Notes: generated by a model not told the origin, from the letters alone. Positions 9,412-19,899 are shown, counted from the stretch's first letter. The stretch is DNA of 64,000 bases from Candidatus Spongiisociaceae bacterium (GCA_965219685.1 CBDCOH010000002.1:2048001-2112000), one strand, 5' to 3'. Numbers and translations are program-made.

Positions 9412-11013
9412 TCAGCCGGCCGACACATCTCGCCAGGCCACCTCTCCCCCCACGATGGTCACCGAGGGTCCCATCCCCGCCATCTCGTCGGGCGGGAGCG
9501 GGCGCGGATCACGCGGGAAGACCGTGAAGTCGGCGAGGTACCCGGGGGCGATCCGGCCCCGCTCGTGCGAGAGGCCGTCCGCCTCGGCCGGCCACCTGGT
9601 CATCATGGCGATCACCTCATCGAACCCGATCGCCTCGTGTGGCCCCCACACGTCGCCCCAGGCATCGACTCGAGCGGTGGCCGTGGCAGCAGCCGCCATC
9701 GGCGAGGCGTCGGGTATCACCGGGGTGTCCGAGCTGTGTACCGGCTTGAGACCGGCGTCCAGCCAGCTACGGAGCGGGTACATGATCGCCAGCCGTTCCT
9801 CCCCCATCGCGGCCAGGAAGTCCGGAGCCCGCAGGCGCAGGAAGGCCAGCTGAGGTACGGGGACGATCCTCCCGATGCGCATCGCCTCGACAGCGGTGTC
9901 CGAAGTCAGGCAGCAGTGCTCGATCCGGTGGGAACGGAGGCCACCGGCAGCCGGATGCCTGCTGAGTACCCCCGCGACGGTCTCCACCGCGGCGTCGCCG
10001 ATGGCGTGGACGCACATCTGCCAGCCCAGCACCGCCCCCCTGCGAACCGCCTCCTCCAGTTCCGCCTCGCCGGCGTGCATGGTTCCGCAGGTGCCGGTGT
10101 CCGAGTACGGCTCGGACATGGCAGCGCTCCGCGGCCCGAAGGCGCCGTCCGAGAACACCTTCGCCCCTCCTATCCGGAAGTAGGGTTCGCCGACCCCCGG
10201 GCGTAGCCCGAGGTCACCCGCCGCGTCCAGCAACTCGGCCCGCATCATCGACGTGAACCTGAGCCGCAGGGCCCGGCGCTCGCTCATGCGCAGGAAGGCT
10301 GCGATCTCCTCCCCCATCCGGGACATGGTGAGCGGTGCTGCGTTCGTCACGTATGTAAAGCCCAGCGAAAGGAAGTAGTCGGTTGCGACCTCGATGGCCT
10401 GTTCGTCCTCCGAGTCGGACCAGGGAGGGATAACCGGATCGAGCAGACTTCTGGCACCGTCGAGCAGTTCGCCGGTCGGCCTCCCGTGCCTGTCCCGGAC
10501 GATCTCACCGTCGGGCGGGTCGGGTGTATCCGGGCCTATACCCGCCGCCGCCAGCGTCGCGTGGTTGGCAACCCGGCGATGGAAGTCGAAACTGTCGAGC
10601 ACGACACACCGTCCGTCGGGCAGGTCGAGTTCGGCGGCTGTCGGGGCTCGCCCCTCGGCGAGCGACGCGGGGTCGTAGCCGCGGCCCTTGATCCAGCGAC
10701 CCGCCGGGAGCCGCAGGTGGGCCGCTCCAACCAGCCCGACGATCTCCGCCACCGACGACACGTCGGAGGGCCAGCAAGGAACGCCCATGCGGGACCGGCC
10801 GTAGTTGACGGCATGCACATGGCTGTCCGCCAGCCCGGGGAAGACCGTCCCCCCGCCGAGATCGACCGTCTCGGCATCGGGGGCAACCGAATCCCGGACC
10901 TCCCGGTAGTCACCCGCCAAACGCACCCTCTGACCACTGACGGCGACCGCCTCGGTCGGGCGGTCGCCGTCAGTTACGAAAGATGCGTTTGTCAGTACTC
11001 GGTCAGGCCTCAA
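9412..11013 (-). CDS. Amidohydrolase_3 (YtcJ/NfdA-like)
   Basis: PGLADSHVH, KVFSDG, HAIGD, RIEH, SSDTP, GRIAPGYLADF. Confidence 0.88.
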   Translation of the reverse strand: MRPDRVLTNASFVTDGDRPTEAVAVSGQRVRLAGDYREVRDSVAPDAETVDLGGGTVFPGLADSHVHAVNYGRSRMGVPCWPSDVSSVAEIVGLVGAAHLRLPAGRWIKGRGYDPASLAEGRAPTAAELDLPDGRCVVLDSFDFHRRVANHATLAAAGIGPDTPDPPDGEIVRDRHGRPTGELLDGARSLLDPVIPPWSDSEDEQAIEVATDYFLSLGFTYVTNAAPLTMSRMGEEIAAFLRMSERRALRLRFTSMMRAELLDAAGDLGLRPGVGEPYFRIGGAKVFSDGAFGPRSAAMSEPYSDTGTCGTMHAGEAELEEAVRRGAVLGWQMCVHAIGDAAVETVAGVLSRHPAAGGLRSHRIEHCCLTSDTAVEAMRIGRIVPVPQLAFLRLRAPDFLAAMGEERLAIMYPLRSWLDAGLKPVHSSDTPVIPDASPMAAAATATARVDAWGDVWGPHEAIGFDEVIAMMTRWPAEADGLSHERGRIAPGYLADFTVFPRDPRPLPPDEMAGMGPSVTIVGGEVAWRDVSAG

Positions 11014-12087
11014 TCAGCAGTCGGTGTCCAGGTCGTTGGCCTCGTCGACGATCGCCTGCTGGTCGAAGTCGTTGATCTCGTCGAGCAGGTCGTCTATGAC
11101 GTACTCGCCCATGTCGATCTGCTCGGAGATCACACCGCCCTGGATGAATATGTTCACGTAGGTGTTCCACCCGGCCGCGTCGAGGAAGCCGAACACGTAG
11201 TCGCCACCCTCCTGCGGAGCGGTGGTGATCTCGATGACCGCTGCCAGACCGGCCCGTCCTTCGGCATCATCGGTGAACTCTTCGGGAATGAGTTCCTTGA
11301 GCACGCACACCGCGCCGTCGATGTTGGCATAGGCAACCAACTGGCCCTTGGCCGTGGCACGGCCGAGACCGATCAGGAGCTCGTCGTCATCCTTGAAGTC
11401 CTCGGCGGCCAGAAGCCCCTCGGCCGGAAGGGTGTTGAGCGATGCAGGCGCGATCGATACCGTGTCGAGACCCGCCGCGTTCATTGAGGCGATGTCCGAC
11501 TTGGCGGATGAGTAGGCGTCGATCCGTTCGTCGTCGAGTGCCGCCTTGACGCTAGGAGCATTGGTCCCCACCTCAATGATCTCGACGTCGGAGTCCGGGT
11601 CCAGTCCTGCTTCGACCAGCAACGCCCGGACCAACGGAACCTCTCCGCCGGCCAACTCCGAGATGCCGATCCTCAGTCCGGCCAGACCACCGATGTTCGT
11701 GATCGACGATCCGGCTGGCACGACCACGTCGAACACCTCACCGTAGGCGTACGTGAAGAACGGGTAGAGACCCGCACCGGCCTCGATAGCCGGCAGCATC
11801 GCCCCGGGAACACCCATTCCCGCCTCGGCGTTGTTGGCGGCCAGGATCTGGGCTACATCGGATGATCCGCCCGTTCCCTGGAGGCTCACGTTGAGACCCT
11901 CGTCCTCGTAATACCCGAGACCTACCGCGATCCAGTAGCCATAACCAAAGCCACTCGTCGTCGACAGGGCGAGATTCACATCCCGGAGTTCCTCGTCCTC
12001 AGCGCACGCCGCCCCGATCATCGCCAGTACGACGGCAAGCGCCAGCATGAGCGACCAGGGCCGTGCCAAGCGGGTAGTTGGTTTCAT
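11014..12087 (-). CDS. ABC substrate-binding lipoprotein, NMT1/THI5-like
   Basis: Signal peptide with lipobox GAAC; GYYEDEGLNV; acidic; beside permease and ATPase. Confidence 0.85.
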   Translation of the reverse strand: MKPTTRLARPWSLMLALAVVLAMIGAACAEDEELRDVNLALSTTSGFGYGYWIAVGLGYYEDEGLNVSLQGTGGSSDVAQILAANNAEAGMGVPGAMLPAIEAGAGLYPFFTYAYGEVFDVVVPAGSSITNIGGLAGLRIGISELAGGEVPLVRALLVEAGLDPDSDVEIIEVGTNAPSVKAALDDERIDAYSSAKSDIASMNAAGLDTVSIAPASLNTLPAEGLLAAEDFKDDDELLIGLGRATAKGQLVAYANIDGAVCVLKELIPEEFTDDAEGRAGLAAVIEITTAPQEGGDYVFGFLDAAGWNTYVNIFIQGGVISEQIDMGEYVIDDLLDEINDFDQQAIVDEANDLDTDC

Positions 12088-12223
12088 AGGTTCCTCCTTG
12101 TCTCGGTGAGCGCCGTGCTCACAACGATTCTATCGGGTGGTTTGCCTGCCGAATGATCAGCCGGGTTTTCTGCTTGCCGGCGGCGCATGACGCCGCCACT
12201 CCACCCACAGACCACCCGGCGGG

Positions 12224-13069
12224 CTAGTCGACATCCACGTGCCAGAAGAGAAGGTTCCGCTCCAGCCGGGCGGCCAGCAGGAACAGCGCCAGACCTATGA
12301 GTGCCAGCATCAGAAGGTACGCGAATACATCGTCGCTTCGAAACTGGAAAGCCGCCGTCTCGATCAAGTGGCCGGCCCCCTCGTTGGTGGCGGTCAACTC
12401 GCCCACTATGGCGCCGATCAGTGCGAAGGTGAGAGCCGCCTTGAGCCCGGCGAAGACGGTGGGGACGGAACTGGGAAGCCGCAGATGGCGGAAGGTCTGC
12501 CACCGGGTAGCCCTGAGCGATCTCATGAGCAGTCCCGCGTTCTCGTCGATGACGGTCAGCCCGGTGATGGTGTTGATCAGGACCGGGAAAAAGCAGATGG
12601 TCGCCGCCAGCGCGATCTTCGAGGCGATACCGAAAGCGAACCAGGCGATGAAGACGGGTGCCAGGGCCACCCGGGGTGTCGACTGGAACAGGATGATCAC
12701 CGGGTAGAAGGCTTTTCTGAACGTCGGCACCAACGCTACGTAGGTTCCCAGGAGGAACCCACCACCCGCTCCCAGGACGAAGCCGATCGCCGTCTCCTGG
12801 AAGGTCACCCAGAAGTGCCACAAGACGAAGGGAGTGGTGATGGCCTGGAAGAACGCCGGGATTATCTCGGATGGTTTGGACAGCACGATCTCCGGCCAGA
12901 AGGACGGATCCAGCCAGCTGAGAAACTCCCAGATAAGGCAGAAACCGACCACCACCGAGCCGGTGAGCAGGATCTGAGTACTCATCCTGCGGAATCGGGA
13001 GTCGGGGCTGGACTCGGGCAGAGGTTCCACTCCGATCGCACCGGCGTCAGACATGGTGTCGGTGTCCAT
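12224..13069 (-). CDS. ABC permease (TauC/SsuC type)
   Basis: TM helices; PRVALAP, GAIVGE. Confidence 0.9.
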   Translation of the reverse strand: MDTDTMSDAGAIGVEPLPESSPDSRFRRMSTQILLTGSVVVGFCLIWEFLSWLDPSFWPEIVLSKPSEIIPAFFQAITTPFVLWHFWVTFQETAIGFVLGAGGGFLLGTYVALVPTFRKAFYPVIILFQSTPRVALAPVFIAWFAFGIASKIALAATICFFPVLINTITGLTVIDENAGLLMRSLRATRWQTFRHLRLPSSVPTVFAGLKAALTFALIGAIVGELTATNEGAGHLIETAAFQFRSDDVFAYLLMLALIGLALFLLAARLERNLLFWHVDVD

Positions 13070-13087
13070 TCGGAACTCCTTCCCTCC

Positions 13088-13879
13088 CTAGAAGAGACCC
13101 AGCACTTCGCGGATGTAGTTGACGGTCTCGGTGAACTCCGGCAACCGGCGGGAGCCCGGGACTCGCGGCCTGGGAAGGTCCACTTCGACCACATCCAGGA
13201 TGCGGCCCGGTTTCGTCCCCATGACCGCCACCCGGTCCGACAGGAACACAGCCTCCCTGATGTTGTGGGTCACGAACACCATCGTCTTGTGCTCATGCTC
13301 CGCGATCCTCGCCAACTCGGTGTTCAGGTGTTCCCTGGTGAACTCGTCCAAGGCGCCGAACGGTTCGTCCAACAACATGAGGTCCGGTTCCGAGACCAGC
13401 AGCCTGCACAGGGCCACGCGTTGCTGCATGCCACCGGACAGCTCGCGGGGGTAGTGCTGTTCGAAGCCTTCGAGGCGGACCAACTCGATCACGTCCGCGA
13501 TCCGTTGTTCCCCGTCCTGCCCCATCGTGCCGGTGATCTCGAGCGGCAGCGAGATGTTGCGTATCACGTTGCGCCAAGGGAAGAGGGTCGAGGTCTGGAA
13601 CATCAGACCGATCTCCTCCCGAGGCTCAACGATGGCGTCCCGCCCGAGGTACACGCTTCCCGACGTGGGGATCAAGAGACCGGCGATGATCTTGAGAAGC
13701 GTCGACTTGCCACACCCGGACGGCCCCACAAGCGTGAGGAACTCGCCCTTCCTCACCTTTAGCGACACGTTCTGCAACGCTACCAAGGGCTCCCCGTTCT
13801 TCTCGAAGACCTGGGTTATGCGGTCTATCGTGAGCGATGATCCACTACTTGGAGTCCGGGAGGCGGAACCTGTAGACAC
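13088..13879 (-). CDS. ABC ATP-binding protein (TauB/SsuB type); start approximate
   Basis: GPSGCGKST, LSGGMQQR, LLDEPFGALD. Confidence 0.9.
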   Translation of the reverse strand: MSTGSASRTPSSGSSLTIDRITQVFEKNGEPLVALQNVSLKVRKGEFLTLVGPSGCGKSTLLKIIAGLLIPTSGSVYLGRDAIVEPREEIGLMFQTSTLFPWRNVIRNISLPLEITGTMGQDGEQRIADVIELVRLEGFEQHYPRELSGGMQQRVALCRLLVSEPDLMLLDEPFGALDEFTREHLNTELARIAEHEHKTMVFVTHNIREAVFLSDRVAVMGTKPGRILDVVEVDLPRPRVPGSRRLPEFTETVNYIREVLGLF

Positions 13880-14060
13880 TGTCTCCCGAACCTCCCTGTC
13901 GCGCCGCTTGCGTTGCGGGCTGATCGTAGACGCAACCGTGGCAGCCGGAAAAACGCACTCCGCCCCCGGAGGATTGCCGCCGTATATCGGGGAGGATGGT
14001 CGCATCGGGATGTGGAGAACGTCATCGGCGGCGCATAAAGCGGCCACTACTCTCCCGTGG

Positions 14061-15119
14061 ATGGCGGACACCTCTCTGCGGCAGGCTCCCGGCATGATGG
14101 CTGCGGAACTCACCGGCGAGCGGACCCTGCGGCTGGCGCGCCGACCACTGCCCGAACCTCCGAGCGGCTGGGTCGTCGTCCGGGTCGCCGCCGCCGGGGT
14201 CTGCGGGACGGAACTCCATTTCCTCGAAGGCCTCCTCGACCCGAGGGGGGAAACGCGGGTGCTGGGACACGAAGTGGCGGGGACCGTGTGCGATCCGGCG
14301 ACCGGTCCCGGGGTTCGGGGCGAACGGGCGGCCGTTTACAACGTGCTCAATTGCCGGGCCTGCCGCTACTGTCGTTCGAATCGGGACCGCCTGTGCGAAC
14401 GCTCCAACGGCATGATCGGCTTTACCGTGGACGGAGGCTTCGCCGAATACGTGGCGGTACCGGAGGCGAACCTCGTCCCGCTTCCCGAGACGGTCACCTT
14501 CGAGGCCGGGGCGGTGCTGGCCTGCAGCGGGATGACCGCGGTTCACGCCGTCCGCCTGGCCGGAATCCGGATCGGAGACCCCGTGGTGGTGAACGGCGTC
14601 GGAGGGGTCGGTCTGATGCTCATCCAGGTGGCGGCTCTGGCCGGCGCGGCCGTCCTCGCGGTGGCGGACGACCCCGCCAAGCTGGATCTGGCAGAGAACC
14701 TCGGTGCGCGGGCAGGGCTCCTGATCGACCATCCGCAAGGTTACGAGGACATGGACCGGCAAGCCCGCGGGTCACTGGGCCGTGCACCGGACGTGTTCTT
14801 CGAGACAGTCGGGACGAGAGAGACGATGCACGCCGGGTTCCGATGCCTCGCACCGGGCGGCTCCTTCGTCCAGATCGGATACACGAGCCAGCCCCTGGAC
14901 ATCCACCCGGGAGCCCTGATCAGGAACGAACTCCGTATCCTGACCTCGGCCGCCGGCTCCAAGAACGACCTCGAGACGGCCATCTCACTGGCGGCACAGG
15001 GTCAACTGGAGGTCGTTGTCGCGAACCGGACCGACCTGAACGGGCTTTCGGACGCCATCCAGGGCCTACGAGACCGCCGGGTCTTAGGCAGGAACGTCAT
15101 CCGGTGCGAATCGGGGTAA
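14061..15119 (+). CDS. Zinc-binding alcohol dehydrogenase (MDR)
   Basis: GVCGTE, GHE, CRACRYC..C, GVGGVG. Confidence 0.9.
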   Translation: MADTSLRQAPGMMAAELTGERTLRLARRPLPEPPSGWVVVRVAAAGVCGTELHFLEGLLDPRGETRVLGHEVAGTVCDPATGPGVRGERAAVYNVLNCRACRYCRSNRDRLCERSNGMIGFTVDGGFAEYVAVPEANLVPLPETVTFEAGAVLACSGMTAVHAVRLAGIRIGDPVVVNGVGGVGLMLIQVAALAGAAVLAVADDPAKLDLAENLGARAGLLIDHPQGYEDMDRQARGSLGRAPDVFFETVGTRETMHAGFRCLAPGGSFVQIGYTSQPLDIHPGALIRNELRILTSAAGSKNDLETAISLAAQGQLEVVVANRTDLNGLSDAIQGLRDRRVLGRNVIRCESG

Positions 15120-15171
15120 CGCCGGTTCGTATCGGCGACGTTCCGAAACGGCGCCGACCGGATGCCATGTC

Positions 15172-15480
15172 CTAGAAGGCTGCGGCAGCGGCTGGCGGTT
15201 GATAGCGTTCTACGTTGATTTGGTCTTCGTTCAGGCGTGCCTGGGCGAGGTCGTAGTTCGTCTGGAGACGCATCCAGAACTCGGCGTTGGACCATCCGAT
15301 CTTCTCAAAGCGGATTGCCATTTCCGGTGAGATTCCGCCGCGGCCATTGATGACACGAGAGAGTGTCGGGCGTGTGACACCGAGGAGGCGGGCTGCTTCG
15401 GTGACAGTGAGACCTGCGGCCGCGATGCAGTCTTGTTTGATGGTGCCGCCGGGATGTGGTGGGTCATTCATCATGGACAT
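15172..15480 (-). CDS. higA: HigA antitoxin (XRE HTH)
   Basis: PPHPG, HTH, ISPEMAIR, FWMRLQTNYDL. Confidence 0.9.
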   Translation of the reverse strand: MSMMNDPPHPGGTIKQDCIAAAGLTVTEAARLLGVTRPTLSRVINGRGGISPEMAIRFEKIGWSNAEFWMRLQTNYDLAQARLNEDQINVERYQPPAAAAAF

Positions 15481-15494
15481 CGATGTTTTCGCTC

Positions 15495-15731
15495 CTAGTG
15501 GTAGTCGGTTAGGTCTACGTCGTAGACGTGGACTCTTTCCATCCGGAAGGTGATCCGCCAGTTGGCAGAGATCCTGATGCTCCAGAATCCTTCCAGGTTG
15601 CCGCCGAGTGGGTGGACCCGGCATCCGGGGATGTCGAGGTCTGAGGGTTTGGTTGCCGCCTGGAGGGTGGCGATTACCCGGGCGATCTGATCAGAGTAGG
15701 TAGCGTTAACCTGGCGGTAATTGGTCAGCAA
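15495..15731 (-). pseudogene. higB: HigB toxin, apparently 5'-truncated
   Basis: HPLGGNLEGFWSIRISANWRITF..DYH present; typical MIxSF..KGL N-terminus absent, ahcY-like stop directly upstream. Confidence 0.7.
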
Positions 15732-15753
15732 CGAGTGACCGCGACGGGACTGC

Positions 15754-16926
15754 TCAACCGGCCGGGACCTGCCCCATGGATCTGAGCATGGCGGTGGCAA
15801 TCTGATCGTTGATCAGCCGGGGCACCGGTTGGGGACCCGGTCGGAACTCGCTACCAGGAGTTGCCAGAGCCGCCAGCGACCGGGCCTGGAGGGCGAGACC
15901 GAGATCCATGGCCTCTATCGGGTTGCCGATGCCACCGACCGCCGCCAGATTGACGATGCGTCCCCTGGCCAGCACGAACACCGTCCGGCCCCCGGGCAGT
16001 TCGTGAGAGTGCAGCGATGGGGCGACCAGCTTTCCAGGAGCCACACCCTCCAACCGTCGCACATCGATCTCGGCGTCCGTGTGGCCGGCGTTGGCCAGCA
16101 CCACTCCGTCCGGCATCACCTCGATCAATTCGTAACCCACCACCCGCTCTCGCCCGGTAGCGGTTATCACCACGTCAGCGCTTCGGGCTGCCCTGGCGGC
16201 GCCGGTCACATCGAAACCGTCCATAGCGGCCTCGAGCGCCTTGATGGGATCTGTATCCACCACGGTTACGTCAGCACCCCGGCGGCAGGCATAGAGGGCG
16301 ATGCCGCGGCCACACCAGCCGTATCCGAACACAGCCACTCGCTTCTTGTGCAGCGACATGTTGGTGGTCCTCACGATCGCGTCCACCACTGATTCGCCAA
16401 CGCCGTGCTTGTTTTCGACGATCGACTTCAGCGGGCTGTCGTTGATCACGATGACCGGGAACTCCACCGCCCCGGCCAAGCCTTCCCGCAGCCGGAAGGC
16501 CCCCGAAGTGGTCTCCTCGGTGGCGCCGATCGGCGACTGGCCGGCGCATATGCAAGCTTCGATCAACTCGGCCCCGTTGTCCAGCACCAGGTCTGGGCCG
16601 GCGGCGGCGATCTGGCTGAGATGAGCTCGGACCGCGGCCTTGCCGTCACCGGGGCGGTCAAGCACCACGCAACCCCGATCGGCCAGCGCTTCGGCAGTGC
16701 CGAACTGAGTGGTGCCCTCGTTGCCCATAGCCACTATCCGAGCACCTGCCGTGAGCAGCCCCTCGATCAGTACCGCCGTCTTCGGCTCCAAGTGGAGACG
16801 AAAGCCGATCGTCAGCCCGTCGAACACCCGCCGCTCCGCGAGCTCGGACAGCGCCTCCGTCAGCACAGGCATGCGCCGCCTGGTCCAAGCGATCCGACCT
16901 TCGGCGATTTCCCGCTCACTCACCAC
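15754..16926 (-). CDS. Adenosylhomocysteinase-family protein, divergent
   Basis: HLEPKTA, EETTSG, GYGWCGRG, NAGH, GRIVNL. Confidence 0.85.
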   Translation of the reverse strand: MVSEREIAEGRIAWTRRRMPVLTEALSELAERRVFDGLTIGFRLHLEPKTAVLIEGLLTAGARIVAMGNEGTTQFGTAEALADRGCVVLDRPGDGKAAVRAHLSQIAAAGPDLVLDNGAELIEACICAGQSPIGATEETTSGAFRLREGLAGAVEFPVIVINDSPLKSIVENKHGVGESVVDAIVRTTNMSLHKKRVAVFGYGWCGRGIALYACRRGADVTVVDTDPIKALEAAMDGFDVTGAARAARSADVVITATGRERVVGYELIEVMPDGVVLANAGHTDAEIDVRRLEGVAPGKLVAPSLHSHELPGGRTVFVLARGRIVNLAAVGGIGNPIEAMDLGLALQARSLAALATPGSEFRPGPQPVPRLINDQIATAMLRSMGQVPAG

Positions 16927-16949
16927 CTACACCGCTCCGCCTAGACGTC

Positions 16950-17882
16950 TCAAGCGGCCCGGTGACCCCGGCGGGCGCGATGCATCGAGCGGATGCGCTC
17001 CGCACTACGATGCACCAGGAGGGGCACAATACGGTTCGGGTACTCCACGTCCATGAACAGACTGTCTGCGGACAGAGTCTTGTGCTCCTGCCGAGGCTTG
17101 CGAGGCCCGCTTAGTCGCGGTTCTGACCTCTCCAAGACTTTCCAGATGTCGAAGTCCGGTCCGTACTCTGGGGTGAGGGCATCCCATATGTGGCTGAGTT
17201 GCCGGTCGAGGTCGTCGGTGGGCTCCGAGACGTGTTCGCGGAAGAATCTGGCGACTCTTCCCTTGTCCTGGTCCATCGAGATCGGCTCGAATGTGTCGGG
17301 ATGGACCATGTGGAGAAGCGCATTGCGCTTCATGCAGGCGGAATCCATAGGGACTCCCCACAGCATCTCCTTTGAATCTCCAGGGGTCACTGAGCAGGTT
17401 CTGGCGGTGCCCGTCGCTCTGCATCTTCCAACGTTGAGCGAAGCGGATGAGGAACCGGGTCGCCCGAAACTGCTGGCGAGTGGTGAGGTACCAGTCGAAG
17501 CCATCCAGCGCCGCCTCCAGTGTATGGGTAGGGTCACCGGTCGCGACGACCAGCTCAACACCTGCTCGAGTCGGCTTTCCTTGGTCGTGTTCCCCATTCC
17601 CCGCTTGCCGACTGCCAGGAAGTGGACGTACATTATCTCGGCCATCAGTTGGACCACGCCGTCGTCCGCACCGTCGAGTTGTCTCTCTAGCTTGATCTGG
17701 AAGGTATCGCTACCCTCATCTGCTCCCTCCACAAATCGCCGGCGGATCTCATCGATCCACCGTCGTGACCAGATCTGCTTCCCAGATGTGAGCAGCGAAT
17801 CGTCGCTCTCCAGAGCAGCTTCGACCCATGCTTGCGCCGCCGCATACAAAGGTTCGTACCGGCTACCTTGAAGTTTGGGCAT
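16950..17882 (-). pseudogene. McrB-like restriction GTPase N-terminal region, frameshifted and truncated
   Basis: DDSLLT..IW, F..KLERQL, QLMAE, ALLHMVHPDTFEPI; garbled middle; ends at ADSLFMD..IVPLL without GPPGTGKT. Confidence 0.6.
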
Positions 17883-17995
17883 CCCCTACCCCTCGGTCGA
17901 GTCTGTGGTCCGCCGTCGACGGGCCTATTGGAACACCGTCGGCATCAATTGTACGAAGCGCCTGTGACATGCCCCCCAGACGGAGCGACGGCTCC

Positions 17996-19279
17996 TCAGG
18001 CTCCCAGCATTGCCAGTGGAACAACCGCCACGCCGTCAGGACGCTCGTAGCAGTACCTTCCACCGGTGATCACCACCAACCGAGCGATGCCTGCAGCCCG
18101 TTGCTCGGCGACACGATCTCGAAGCTTGAGCAACGCCTGGGCTGCCGAATCGATGGCGGAGGCGGAACCCAACTTCACTTCTGCGGCGATCCATCGACCG
18201 TCAGCGGTTTCGACCACCGCGTCGGCTTCGAGACCGTAGGTGTCCCGGTAGTGGTATACGGAAGCGTCGGTCGCCTGGGCGTAGATGCGCAGATCGCGGA
18301 CCGCCATGGACTCGAACAGGAAGCCGAATGCGTTCAGGTCATCGAGATATCGCTGCGGGCCCGCACCGGAAGCGGCGGCCGCCAGGGACGGATCCACGAG
18401 GTGGCGCTTGGGAGAGCGGATCAGGCCGGCCCGTGACCTGAGGTGCGTGTTCCAGGCGGGCAGATCCTCCACCACGAACAGACGAGTGAGCACGTCCAGG
18501 TACGTCTTCACCGTGGTGCGGTTCAAAGGGACTTCGCCTCCCGTCTCGGCTGCGAGCTTCCGGAGACCGGCGGTAGTGGAGACGTTACGGGCCAGCGACC
18601 GTATCAGGCGCATCACTCCTGTGGGGCTGCGGCGGATGCCGTCCACCGCCGAGACGTCCACCCGGCAGATGTCGTCCAGGTAGTCGCGGGTGAAGCGCCG
18701 AGCCTCCGCCATCGGTGTGTCGACGAGTTGGGGCCACCCACCGCGGCAGGCCGCCTCGACAAGCTCCGGAACCTCCACTCCCGACTCGCCGGGAGAGATC
18801 GCCCGGCCGTCCAGCATCTCCCGGAGTGAGACCTCGCCTGTGGACAGTCCCGTTTCCCGGAGCGACATGGGACGCATGCGCACCCGGCTGATACGGCCGG
18901 CGCCCGAATGGCGGGTCAACTCGTCTGCGGGAACGGCGGAACCCGTGAGTATGAACTGACCTGGGCGACCGCGACGGTCGCAGACAGCCCTCACCAGGTG
19001 CCAGAGTTCGGGGACCCGCTGCCATTCGTCCAGCAGGCGGGGGGTGGCACCGTCCAGCAGGAGTCCCGGAAGATGGGGAGCGATCTCCCAGAGGTCAGGG
19101 CGCTCCTCCAGGAATATCTCGCTCCGGGCGAAGTGTTGTCCCGTCCACGTCTTGCCACAGGCCTTAGGACCTTCTACCAGTACGGCTCGCGCCGAACGCA
19201 GAGCGATCGGTACTTCCGCATCCACGACCCGATCGAGGTAGATGCGCTCAGGAGTTGTGGGGCTTGGAGTTGAGAGCAA
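17996..19279 (-). CDS. AAA ATPase with DUF4143 domain
   Basis: GPKACGKT, LLDEWQ, FILTGS, HSGAGR, GGWP, EADAVV..AAEVK. Confidence 0.9.
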   Translation of the reverse strand: MLSTPSPTTPERIYLDRVVDAEVPIALRSARAVLVEGPKACGKTWTGQHFARSEIFLEERPDLWEIAPHLPGLLLDGATPRLLDEWQRVPELWHLVRAVCDRRGRPGQFILTGSAVPADELTRHSGAGRISRVRMRPMSLRETGLSTGEVSLREMLDGRAISPGESGVEVPELVEAACRGGWPQLVDTPMAEARRFTRDYLDDICRVDVSAVDGIRRSPTGVMRLIRSLARNVSTTAGLRKLAAETGGEVPLNRTTVKTYLDVLTRLFVVEDLPAWNTHLRSRAGLIRSPKRHLVDPSLAAAASGAGPQRYLDDLNAFGFLFESMAVRDLRIYAQATDASVYHYRDTYGLEADAVVETADGRWIAAEVKLGSASAIDSAAQALLKLRDRVAEQRAAGIARLVVITGGRYCYERPDGVAVVPLAMLGA

Positions 19280-19310
19280 CGGCTGCCTCGTATTGCCGGG
19301 GGATCTGAGC

Positions 19311-19410
19311 CATCCTACAGTTTTCCGGCCTTTATCCTACAGTTTTCCGGTGCTCCATCCTACACTTTTCAGGTATCTCATCCTACGATAATCAGGCATC
19401 TCAGCCTACC
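19311..19410. repeat. Five tandem 22-23 bp repeats upstream of the DUF4143 ATPase
   Basis: ATCCTAC at 19312, 19334, 19357, 19380 and AGCCTAC at 19403; first two units share ATCCTACAGTTTTCCGG. Confidence 0.9.
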
Positions 19411-19521
19411 GATCTTATAGGCAGCAAGTTCCCGGGACCCGGACCACTCCTTGGCCGTGGTCTCTACAACGGAAGGATGGGCTCGCACCGGACCATCGGG
19501 TCTCGGCGCGAACGCCGGGAT

Positions 19522-19899
19522 TCAGGAAGGGACTACCGCCACCAAGTCTATCTCGACCATGATGCCGAGCAGGTTGCTGCCGACCGTGGTACGGACGGGC
19601 TTGGGATCTCCGAACCGTCGCTCGTAGACGCTGTTGAAGGCCGCGAAGTCGCCCAGGTCCTGGAGGTGGACCGTTGCCTTGACCGCGTGGTCGAGGCTGG
19701 TACCGGCCGCCTCCAGAACGGCACTGAGATTGTTGATGGTCAGTTCCGTCTGCTCTTCGATGGTGTCGCCGACGATCTGCCCTGTGTCCGGATCAAGCGG
19801 ACCCATTCCAGCTGTGAACACGAGGTTGCCGACCCGAATACCTTGCGAATAGGGCCCCATCGGCGGGGCCGACGAGTCACTGCGGATTTCTTCTTTCAT
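19522..19899 (-). CDS. ridA: RidA/YjgF family imine deaminase
   Basis: GPYSQG, FNSVY, PVRTTV, VEIDLVA. Confidence 0.88.
   Translation of the reverse strand: MKEEIRSDSSAPPMGPYSQGIRVGNLVFTAGMGPLDPDTGQIVGDTIEEQTELTINNLSAVLEAAGTSLDHAVKATVHLQDLGDFAAFNSVYERRFGDPKPVRTTVGSNLLGIMVEIDLVAVVPS

Noticed and set aside
19311-19410. CRISPR array
   Set aside because: Units are contiguous 22-23 bp repeats with no unique spacers, and no cas genes are present
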